Virus record (IMG/VR): IMGVR_UViG_3300030107_001272
Location: 1-56,938 of that record
Length of the DNA: 56,938 nt
Direction: 5' to 3' (one strand)
Source: a virus
Taxonomy: Duplodnaviria; Caudoviricetes
The stretch's first letter is position 1. The number at the start of each line of letters is the position of its first letter. The translations under genes and the position numbers were made by a program. Below are positions 45,454 to 54,079 of the stretch, piece after piece. The notes under the pieces are model-generated. The model worked only from the letters and a program-made list of their open reading frames with translations. It was not told where the DNA came from and searched no databases.

Positions 45454-47797
45454 TGGTATTACATTAAAGAATTACATTAAAGCCCACAAAGGTACGCTTA
45501 TTAACGGTGAGATAGTTTATCCAGATAAAAAAGATAGTGAGTCACCAGAGTCAGTTAAACCCCAAATTGGAATAGCTAATCCGTATTCCTTAGTTGAACC
45601 AAAGCAACAAGTTAAATTAGATGATGGTGGAGCAAAGCCAATTGATAGACCTCTTATAGATGATGGTGGGGCAAAACCACAAGCACCAATTGAGACACCG
45701 TTTATAAAAATTCCAGATATGGGGATGGAGGGTATGACTGCAGTTAGAGGATCTGACTATGATCTTAAGAGGCATCTCAGGCATCCTGCATCAAGGATAG
45801 ATAGATCTGTTGTAGAACCTGCACCTATTGCAGAACCCAGACCTAGTAGGATATATACTCCTTTTAATAAAAAGTTGCAAGAGTATATTGCTCCAAAACA
45901 AAAATTGCACCAAGAAAATATGAAGGGCATTAAGGATCAGTTAGATGCAGGTATGATTAATGAAGCCCAAGCACAACAAATGTGGAAAGCTAGAAATAAA
46001 ACTTTTCAAGAAGAATTAAATAAAGATCCCGAATATGTAAAACTTAGAGATTCATTTAAAAAAAATATGCCAAAACCAAAGGCAGTACCTATTAAAACTA
46101 AAGAGACTACATCAATAAAAGATTATATAAAGTTATTTAATGACAATATGAAAAAACGTAAAAATATGAGTTATTTTAACAAGGGTGGAACAACAATGGA
46201 AAAACAAATGGAATTATTTGACGATGGTGGACTTAAAGATGAAGGTGGTATGACAGATAAAAAATCTGGCAATAAAGTACCTTCTGGTTCAACTCGTAAG
46301 GAAGTAAGAGATGATATTCCTGCTATGGTTAGTGAAGGTGAATTTATTTTTCCTGCAGATGTAACACGTTATATTGGCTTAGATAGACTCATGGAGTTAA
46401 GACAAGACGCTAAGATGGGTTTACAAAAAATGGAAATGATGGGGCAGATGGGTAACTCTGATGAAGCAGTGCTTCCTGATGACATGCCTTTTGATATGGA
46501 TGATATTATTGTAATTGACGATATGGCTATGGGTGGTTCTGTTAATGACGATGATGACGTTATGAATATGGATTTAAAAATGGCTATTGGTGGAAATATT
46601 GGTGGCGATACAGACGTAATGAATACCGATATGAGTATGCAAATGGCTGAAGGTGGAGATACTAAGTACGCAAGTAAAAAAGTAAAGTACATTAATGATA
46701 AAGGTGAGATTAAATATATCATGCACGATTGGATGGATCGGCCTATGACAGCTATTCCTGCAGGATATACAGTTGCGCCAGATCAGTCGGAAGAAACAGA
46801 ACCAACACCTACTCCGACACCTACACCGCAAACTCCTGCACCAGATGACGATGATGATAAATTAGATCCTATGAAAATGCAAGAAGATGCAGAGAGATCT
46901 GCAGGAGTAACAGCTAAACGACTAGGAATGTCAACAGAAGACTACCTAAAGTTACCTATGAAAACACGTTTTGCTTTATTAGGACAAGAACTAAATGTCA
47001 TGCGTGGTAATGACTTAGATATAAATGTTAGAGATCAAATTATACAAAGTGGTGGTCAAGGTGGTGATACAGGCTTTGGTTTAATTGGAGGTCTACTAGG
47101 TGGCATTGGTAATTTCTTTGATAAAGATGGTGATGGCTCTATGTTTACTGCAACAAGTGCAGACGGTACAGTAACAAACTGGTTTGGACAACCTATAGGA
47201 CAGTTAGATAAAAAACAGCTTGCTGCATTAGGTACATTTAACAGTGAAACTGGTAGATGGTCAGGTGGACAACAGCGAACTAATATTAGTAATGTTAATA
47301 GACAAAGTAATACGGGAACTAGATCAGGCAGTGGTAGTAGTAGTAGTCGCAAGTCAACTATTTCAAATATAGATGAAAAGAAACAAGGCTTTCAAGCTAG
47401 AAAACACGGTTCGTATAGAGGAGTAACTAAATCTAATCCTTATGGTAGTAAGGCATCACAATTTAAAAGAGGTGAAGATAAAGAGTATAGACCAGGACAG
47501 ATATTTGAAACATCAAAACAAAAACAAGATAGAGAAGATAAAATAAGAGATTTTGGTCAAACTTCAAATAGAGGAACTTCATCTGGAAAGTCAAGAGCTA
47601 AAGCTAAAGCATTAGCAACGTCAAAAAATGTATCAGTGGATACTGCTAGAGGTTTATCAGGTGCAGGTATGGAAGCTGCAGATGCATCTAGAGATAAGAG
47701 TAGTGGGCCTTTTAGTAAAGGATCTCTAGTTACTAAAAGAAAAACAACAAAGAAACCAACAACACAGAGGAAGACTTTAATAAAAAGGAAATCCTAA
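45434..47797 (+). CDS. large low-complexity head-associated protein with a DDIPAMxSEGEF domain
   Basis: 787 aa between portal and scaffold; many xxGG motifs, a PT repeat, basic C-terminus. Confidence 0.6.
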   Translation: MQKNSHSGITLKNYIKAHKGTLINGEIVYPDKKDSESPESVKPQIGIANPYSLVEPKQQVKLDDGGAKPIDRPLIDDGGAKPQAPIETPFIKIPDMGMEGMTAVRGSDYDLKRHLRHPASRIDRSVVEPAPIAEPRPSRIYTPFNKKLQEYIAPKQKLHQENMKGIKDQLDAGMINEAQAQQMWKARNKTFQEELNKDPEYVKLRDSFKKNMPKPKAVPIKTKETTSIKDYIKLFNDNMKKRKNMSYFNKGGTTMEKQMELFDDGGLKDEGGMTDKKSGNKVPSGSTRKEVRDDIPAMVSEGEFIFPADVTRYIGLDRLMELRQDAKMGLQKMEMMGQMGNSDEAVLPDDMPFDMDDIIVIDDMAMGGSVNDDDDVMNMDLKMAIGGNIGGDTDVMNTDMSMQMAEGGDTKYASKKVKYINDKGEIKYIMHDWMDRPMTAIPAGYTVAPDQSEETEPTPTPTPTPQTPAPDDDDDKLDPMKMQEDAERSAGVTAKRLGMSTEDYLKLPMKTRFALLGQELNVMRGNDLDINVRDQIIQSGGQGGDTGFGLIGGLLGGIGNFFDKDGDGSMFTATSADGTVTNWFGQPIGQLDKKQLAALGTFNSETGRWSGGQQRTNISNVNRQSNTGTRSGSGSSSSRKSTISNIDEKKQGFQARKHGSYRGVTKSNPYGSKASQFKRGEDKEYRPGQIFETSKQKQDREDKIRDFGQTSNRGTSSGKSRAKAKALATSKNVSVDTARGLSGAGMEAADASRDKSSGPFSKGSLVTKRKTTKKPTTQRKTLIKRKS

Positions 47798-47836
47798 TTA
47801 GCTACCCAACTTAGTTGGCCCTTAAAGGAGAAAATT

Positions 47837-48697
47837 ATGGAACAAACAACTGCAATAGAAGAAGTACAACCTGAAACTAAGAAGATGATCATAAATAGAC
47901 CATCTGCAAATCGAGAAAGAATTAAACAAGATGAAGCTGAACTTGCCGCATTACTAGAAAAAGATAAAGTTGTAGAAGAGGCTACAGAAGAAACAGATGA
48001 AAACTTATCTAAAGAAGAAAAGACTTTTAAGAAACGGTATGGTGATTTGCGTAGACATATGCAAACAAAAGATAAAGAGTTTCAAGATCAGATAAATCAA
48101 CTTAGATCTCAACTGGAAGAAAGCACTAAGCAAGAAATTAAATTACCAAAGTCGGAAGAAGATATAGAAGAATGGGCTAAGAAGTATCCAGATGTTGCAG
48201 GAATAGTAGAAACTATTGCAATTAAAAAAGCAAAAGAACAAGCTAATTCTATAGAGGAACGTGTAAAAGAACTTTCCGAAATGCAAAAGGATGTTACACG
48301 TGAAAAGGCTGAAACAGAATTATTACAGTTTCATCCTGACTTTAACGAAATTAAAGAGACAGATGAGTTCCATGAGTGGGCAGATGAGCAACCTAAGTGG
48401 GTACAAGATGCTCTTTATGAAAATGAAAATGACGCTAGATCTGCAGCAAGAGCTATTGATTTATATAAGTCAGATAAAGGAATAGGTAAAAAAAGAGTAG
48501 CTAAAAATGATGCTGCTAAATCTATTAGTACAAAAGGAAGTAGAACTTCTCCTGAAACTAATGAAGCTAATTCCTTTTTAAAAGAATCAGAAGTAAACAG
48601 AATGTCAACAAAAGAATACGAAAAAAATGCTGACATAATAATGGAAGCTATCCGTAGTGGCAAGTTTATTTATGATATAAGTGGCACGGCTAGATAA
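47837..48697 (+). CDS. capsid scaffolding protein
   Basis: Acidic and helical, FKKRYGDLRRH, HPDF; upstream of the major capsid gene. Confidence 0.7.
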   Translation: MEQTTAIEEVQPETKKMIINRPSANRERIKQDEAELAALLEKDKVVEEATEETDENLSKEEKTFKKRYGDLRRHMQTKDKEFQDQINQLRSQLEESTKQEIKLPKSEEDIEEWAKKYPDVAGIVETIAIKKAKEQANSIEERVKELSEMQKDVTREKAETELLQFHPDFNEIKETDEFHEWADEQPKWVQDALYENENDARSAARAIDLYKSDKGIGKKRVAKNDAAKSISTKGSRTSPETNEANSFLKESEVNRMSTKEYEKNADIIMEAIRSGKFIYDISGTAR

Positions 48698-48703
48698 AAA
48701 GTC

Positions 48704-48731
48704 TTGACATTTAAGTATTTATAACTATAAC
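48704..48731 (+). promoter_or_regulatory. sigma70-type promoter for the capsid gene
   Basis: TTGACA-16 bp-TATAAC. Confidence 0.65.
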
Positions 48732-48938
48732 TATAAGTACAATAGTATTATGTAGCTCCAATAGGCTACCTACATAGTACAACCATAGCAAACATCAAGT
48801 GTTAATGCTAGACTAACCTAATATCTTTAAGCCCAAATATATATGTAGGCATACATACATATCTTGCACCTTAATAGAATTAGCCTCTAATACTACAATT
48901 GAATTTGCATCTGTAGAAAAGCTATAAGGAGAAATCAA

Positions 48939-50012
48939 ATGGCGTTTTCAACTGCAACAGGTTATGGCAATTTACCTAATGGTAATTTTAGTCCTATAAT
49001 CTACTCCAAGCAGGTACAGCTTGCATTTCGTAAGTCTACTGTTGTTGGAGAAATAACTAACTCAGATTACTTTGGTGAAATTTCAAATCAAGGTGATACT
49101 GTTAAGATCATTAAAGAGCCAGAGGTATCCGTAAGTTCTTACTCAAGGGGTACTACAGTTACGGCTCAAGACCTAGATGATGAAGAGTTTTCTCTTACTG
49201 TTGATAAAGCAAACTATTATGCTTTTAAGATGGATGACATAGAAGAAGCTCACAGTCATGTAAACTTTATGGAGCTTGCAACGAGTAGAGCTGCTTATAG
49301 ATTAGCTGATAACTATGATCAAGAAGTTCTTGCATATTTATCTGGTTACTCTCAAGCAAATGCCCATGAAGTCGGTAGTGCAGTAAATACATCAGTTAAT
49401 GGTGTAAGAGCCGTTTCTACTGCAGGAACAGACGAACTTCTTACTTCAATGAAATTGATTAAGAGTTCATTTGCTAGTATTACAACAACTTCTGCAGGAG
49501 ATCACTCTATCCCTGTAGTTAACTTAACAGGTGGAGCTACTTCTGTAGGTACTACGGCTGTTACACCAATGGTTGTTGTTAATCGTATGGCAAGACTGTT
49601 AAATCAACAGCAGGTAGATACACAAGACAGATGGATTGTTATTGACCCTGTGTTCCTAGAGCTACTTGGTGACGAGAACTCTAAGTTGATGAATGCAGAC
49701 TTTGGTGGCGCAGGAAAACTGCAAAATGGACTAGTACTTAATAACCTAGCAGGTTTTAAAGTATATGTCTCAAGCAACTTGCCGTCTGTAGGAACTGGTT
49801 CAGGTACTTCAGGCACTGCTAACCAAAACGCAAACTATGGTGTTCTTGTTGCAGGACATGGTTCAGCTATCGCTACTGCTGAACAACTAAGTAAGACCGA
49901 GACATACCGTGACCCTGACAGCTTTGCTGACATTGTTCGTGGCATGCATTTGTATGGCAGAAAAATACTTCGTCCTGAAGCTATTGTTACTGCTAAGTAC
50001 AACGCAGGTTAA
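48939..50012 (+). CDS. major capsid protein
   Basis: NFSPIIYSK, GEISNQGDTVKI, FADIVRGMHLYGRKILRPE; strong RBS. Confidence 0.9.
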   Translation: MAFSTATGYGNLPNGNFSPIIYSKQVQLAFRKSTVVGEITNSDYFGEISNQGDTVKIIKEPEVSVSSYSRGTTVTAQDLDDEEFSLTVDKANYYAFKMDDIEEAHSHVNFMELATSRAAYRLADNYDQEVLAYLSGYSQANAHEVGSAVNTSVNGVRAVSTAGTDELLTSMKLIKSSFASITTTSAGDHSIPVVNLTGGATSVGTTAVTPMVVVNRMARLLNQQQVDTQDRWIVIDPVFLELLGDENSKLMNADFGGAGKLQNGLVLNNLAGFKVYVSSNLPSVGTGSGTSGTANQNANYGVLVAGHGSAIATAEQLSKTETYRDPDSFADIVRGMHLYGRKILRPEAIVTAKYNAG

Positions 50013-50026
50013 AGGGAGACTAGAAA

Positions 50027-50554
50027 ATGGCTACAATTACTTCTTTAAAAGTTGATGCTAGGGGTTCTGGTAACAGAGGAAGAATGCCTTACTTTGTTCA
50101 AACTACTCTAGACTTCTCCCATGCTGATATTGACGCTCTTAGTGCAGGTGATATTGTTGAAGCAATTACTGTTCCTGCTAATACTATGATAGTAACAGCA
50201 GGGGCTGAAATGATTACAACAGTACAATCGGGTGCTGATGGCAATACTGTAAACTTAGGTATTACAGGTACAGACGTAGACGCTTATGTGGCTGCAATTG
50301 ACATAGATGATGATGCAAGTAATTTATCTTCTGGTGTTGGTTACTTAACCGCTGCGGCAACTGCGGCTAATCCTATTATTTTAGGATCGGCTGATACCAT
50401 TGATCTTGAGTTACAGGCCACTTCTACTGCCCCAACTGAAGGAAAGATTCGTATCTTTGCTGTTCTATTGGATGTAGATGGAATGGGTATTGAATCAACA
50501 GGTGGAGTTGCGGCACTAGCTGCTGCTGAAGCAGACAGAGATCTGTTAGCTTAA
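50027..50554 (+). CDS. capsid decoration / minor structural protein
   Basis: Beta-rich, lies between the capsid gene and the terminator. Confidence 0.55.
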   Translation: MATITSLKVDARGSGNRGRMPYFVQTTLDFSHADIDALSAGDIVEAITVPANTMIVTAGAEMITTVQSGADGNTVNLGITGTDVDAYVAAIDIDDDASNLSSGVGYLTAAATAANPIILGSADTIDLELQATSTAPTEGKIRIFAVLLDVDGMGIESTGGVAALAAAEADRDLLA

Positions 50555-50567
50555 CTTGACTATACTG

Positions 50568-50602
50568 TTAAGGGGGCAGGGAGACTTGCCCTCTTAATTT
50601 AT
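50568..50602 (+). terminator. intrinsic terminator-like hairpin
   Basis: TTAAGGGGGCAGG-GAGA-CTTGCCCTCTTAA followed by TTTAT. Confidence 0.75.
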
Positions 50603-50605
50603 CTA

Positions 50606-50998
50606 ATGATATTAAAAGCAAAAAATAAACTGCCTGAATGGAATATTAAAGTTTTTAACTTAGATGAAGTTTATTGGGAGTTAGATGAATGTGCAATACA
50701 AGATAATAGATTTAGAAATGCTATAAATAAATCTTTAAATGAAAAAGGGATGCTTTGGCCTCCGATAGTTTGGTTACAAAAAACGTATTTAAAATATACA
50801 GAAGAACAATCACACAGAGTAGATCCAACTAAAGCACATGAACAGGGTTTAGAATATCGTTGTGCTATAGGAAATAATAGATTTAATTATGCTAAAGAAA
50901 ATGAGTACAAAAAAATAGAGTGTGTTTATGCACCTACATGGCAGGATAAAGATACAATTTTAAAAAGTACTTATATGGAATACTGTGTAGATTTTTAA
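50606..50998 (+). CDS. ParB/Srx-like domain protein
   Basis: SLNEKGMLWPPIV...IGNNR...IEC pattern; AT-rich. Confidence 0.45.
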   Translation: MILKAKNKLPEWNIKVFNLDEVYWELDECAIQDNRFRNAINKSLNEKGMLWPPIVWLQKTYLKYTEEQSHRVDPTKAHEQGLEYRCAIGNNRFNYAKENEYKKIECVYAPTWQDKDTILKSTYMEYCVDF

Positions 50999-51008
50999 AG
51001 GATTTTTA

Positions 51009-51479
51009 ATGGCTATTACTACTGCGATATGTAATTCATTTAAAAGCGAATTACTCAAAGGCTATCACGATTTACACGGCAGTAGTACTATTAAGATGGC
51101 CTTGATTAAAGATAGCCCTAGTGGTACTTACAATAAGTCCACAACGAATTATACCAACGTAACAGGAAGTTCTGATGAGGTATCAGCTAGTGGAACAAAC
51201 TATTCCACAGGTGGATATACTCTAACTAATGTAGCTGTGTCGCTCTCTAGTGATACGGCTATTGTTGATTTTGACGATGTGGTAATATCAAGTGCATCAT
51301 TCTCTGCAGATGGTGCAATCATCTACGAGACAGAAGCTAGAGGTGAATCAGGTGCAACAGAAACTGGTAAGGCTATAGCAGTCATAGACTTTGGTGGAAC
51401 GCAAACATCTACTAATGGTACGTTTACAGTTAGCATACCATCAGCAGGTGCTTCAACAGCAATCATAAGGATCGCATAG
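51009..51479 (+). CDS. structural protein
   Basis: AICNSFKSELL...YSTGG...DFGG...GTFTV...AIIRIA. Confidence 0.65.
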   Translation: MAITTAICNSFKSELLKGYHDLHGSSTIKMALIKDSPSGTYNKSTTNYTNVTGSSDEVSASGTNYSTGGYTLTNVAVSLSSDTAIVDFDDVVISSASFSADGAIIYETEARGESGATETGKAIAVIDFGGTQTSTNGTFTVSIPSAGASTAIIRIA

Positions 51480-53716
51480 TGGCTTTAGTTGTAAAAGACA
51501 GAGTTAAAGAAACAACCACAACAACTGGTACAGGTACAGTTACATTAGGTGGTGCTGTATCTGGGTTTCAAACTTTTACTTCAGTATTATCAAATGCTGA
51601 TACAACTTACTATGCTATTATAGATTATACTAATAATGAATTTGAAGTAGGACTAGGAACATTTACATCTAGTGGCACAACACTAGCACGTACAACCATA
51701 CTGGAAAGTTCTAACTCTGGTAGTGCAGTAGACTTTGGCAGTGGAACTAAAGAAGTCTTTATTACCTACCCTGCAGAAAAGTCTGTGTATCTTGATGCAA
51801 GTAACCAACTTGTAATCAATGGTACTGCAGTAACAGCTAGTGCAACTGACCTCAATCTTATTGATGGAATTACAAACGGCACAGTGATTGCAAGTAAAGC
51901 TATTATTACTGACAGCAATAAAGACATATCGGGTGGCCGTAACATTACAATCTCTGGTGAGTTAGATGCTGCTACTTTAGATATAAGTGGTAATGCTGAT
52001 ATTGATGGCACACTTGAAGCTGATGCCATAACTATAGATGGAGTAACACTAGTAGAAACAATCAGCGATACTGTTGGTGCAATGGTATCTAGTAATACTG
52101 AAACAAATATTACTGTTACCTATGATGACTCTGATAATACATTAGACTTTGTTATTGGAACACTTAATCAAGATACTACTGGTAATGCTGCTACAGCTAC
52201 TGCATTAGAAACTGCCAGAACAATACATGGTGTATCTTTTAATGGTACAGCTAACATAGATCTATCAGAGGTAATAGAAGATACTGTTGGTGCTATGTTT
52301 AGCTCTAATACAGAAACTAATATTACAGCTACGTATCAAGATGGCGATGGAACAATAGATTTAGTTATAGGTACGCTAAATCAAGACACAACAGGAACAG
52401 CCGATAACTTTACAGTAAGTGCTAATAACAGTGCAGATGAAACAGTCTATCCTGTATTTGTAGATGGAGCTACAGGAAGCCAAGGTGCAGAGACAGATAC
52501 TGGATTAACTTACAATCCCTCTAGTGGTATGCTTACCTCTACAGGGTTTACAGGTGCATTGACAGGTAATGCAAGTACAGCAACTACATTAGAAACTGCT
52601 AGAACCTTGGGTGGAGTTTCTTTTAATGGCTCTGCTAATATTAATCTTCCCGGTGTAAATACTGCAGGTAATCAAAATACAAGTGGGAATGCTGCTACAG
52701 CTACGTTATCTTCTACAGTTACAGTTACAGATAGTACAGCTAATACAAACTTTCCTGTCGTATTTCACGATGAAAGCAATTCTTTACTTGACGATACTGG
52801 AGCTTTAAGGTATAATCCAAGTACAGGTGAATTACTTGTACCAAAGCTAACAGTAGCAGGTGCAACAACAGTTGTTGATACTGTTACTATGAATGCATCT
52901 AATGCTATTATCTTTGAGGGTGCAACGGCTGATGCCCATGAAACTACATTAAGTATTGTAGATCCAACGGCTGATCATACACAATACCTAATCAATCAGG
53001 GTGGATATATACCTGTACTTTCTGCAGCGACTACAACAGCAATTACTTCTACACCTGCAGAACTCAACATCATGGATGGCGATACATCAGCTTCTTCTAC
53101 AACTGTAGCAGACGCAGATAGAGTTGTTCTTAACGACAATGGAACAATGAAGCAAGTTGCTGTAACAGATTTGTCAGCTTACTTTGACGATGAAATAACG
53201 GCAATGCCTAACTTAGTTACAACTGCTGCAACAACAGTAGGGGCATTAAACAGTGGAAGTATTACAAGTGGGTTTGGTACTATTGACACTGGTAGTTCTG
53301 CTATTACTACAACTGGCTTAATCTCTGGTGGCTCATTAGATATAGATGATGTTGTTATTAATGGTACAACTATTGGTCATACAAACGATAGTGACTTAAT
53401 TACTGTTGCAGATGGTCTTGTGACTATTGCAGGAGAGATTAGTACTACAACACTAGATATTGGTGGAACAAATGTCACTTCAACAGCAGCTGAACTAAAT
53501 ATACTTGATGGTGTAACTTCTACTGCTACTGAACTTAACATTATGGATGGAGATACTTCAGCATCCTCTACAACATTAGTAGATGCAGATAGGGTTGTAG
53601 CAAATGATAATGGTACTATGAAACAGGTTGCACTTACCGATATTAAAACTTACTTGACAACTGCAGGATACGCTTCACAAGATGACGCTACAGCATTAGC
53701 AATAGCATTAGGATAG
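51479..53716 (+). CDS. tail fibre protein
   Basis: KDRVKETTTTTGTG N-terminus, TATALETARTI repeats, C-terminal ALAIALG. Confidence 0.75.
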   Translation: MALVVKDRVKETTTTTGTGTVTLGGAVSGFQTFTSVLSNADTTYYAIIDYTNNEFEVGLGTFTSSGTTLARTTILESSNSGSAVDFGSGTKEVFITYPAEKSVYLDASNQLVINGTAVTASATDLNLIDGITNGTVIASKAIITDSNKDISGGRNITISGELDAATLDISGNADIDGTLEADAITIDGVTLVETISDTVGAMVSSNTETNITVTYDDSDNTLDFVIGTLNQDTTGNAATATALETARTIHGVSFNGTANIDLSEVIEDTVGAMFSSNTETNITATYQDGDGTIDLVIGTLNQDTTGTADNFTVSANNSADETVYPVFVDGATGSQGAETDTGLTYNPSSGMLTSTGFTGALTGNASTATTLETARTLGGVSFNGSANINLPGVNTAGNQNTSGNAATATLSSTVTVTDSTANTNFPVVFHDESNSLLDDTGALRYNPSTGELLVPKLTVAGATTVVDTVTMNASNAIIFEGATADAHETTLSIVDPTADHTQYLINQGGYIPVLSAATTTAITSTPAELNIMDGDTSASSTTVADADRVVLNDNGTMKQVAVTDLSAYFDDEITAMPNLVTTAATTVGALNSGSITSGFGTIDTGSSAITTTGLISGGSLDIDDVVINGTTIGHTNDSDLITVADGLVTIAGEISTTTLDIGGTNVTSTAAELNILDGVTSTATELNIMDGDTSASSTTLVDADRVVANDNGTMKQVALTDIKTYLTTAGYASQDDATALAIALG

Positions 53717-53719
53717 GAT

Positions 53720-54079
53720 ATGGCAAATACATTTAAAGTAGTTTCACATGATGTAATGCCTGCTTCAGCAGGTACACCAGAGGATCTATATACAACACCC
53801 TCAAGCACAACAACGGTTGTCTTGGGTTTAATATTATCTAACGTACACACTTCTCAAGTTACAGCATCAGTAAAACTTGTAAGTGATACATCTGGTGGTG
53901 GTAGAGCTGCAACAAATACTACAACCTTCTTGTTAAAAGATGCTCCTATTCCTGTAGGGTCTTCATTAGAAATACTTTCAGGTAATAAGGTAGTGTTAGA
54001 AACTACAGATCAAATAGAGATAGACTGTTCAGTGGCTGATAAAGTGTCAGCAACACTAAGCATTATGGAGATTACTTAA
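53720..54079 (+). CDS. small beta-sandwich tail fibre connector
   Basis: MANTFK...LYTTP...GNKVVLETTD...SIMEIT. Confidence 0.6.
   Translation: MANTFKVVSHDVMPASAGTPEDLYTTPSSTTTVVLGLILSNVHTSQVTASVKLVSDTSGGGRAATNTTTFLLKDAPIPVGSSLEILSGNKVVLETTDQIEIDCSVADKVSATLSIMEIT

Noticed and set aside
49990-50030. T7-like programmed frameshift extending the capsid protein
   Set aside because: No clear slippery heptamer, and the next gene has its own RBS and ATG.
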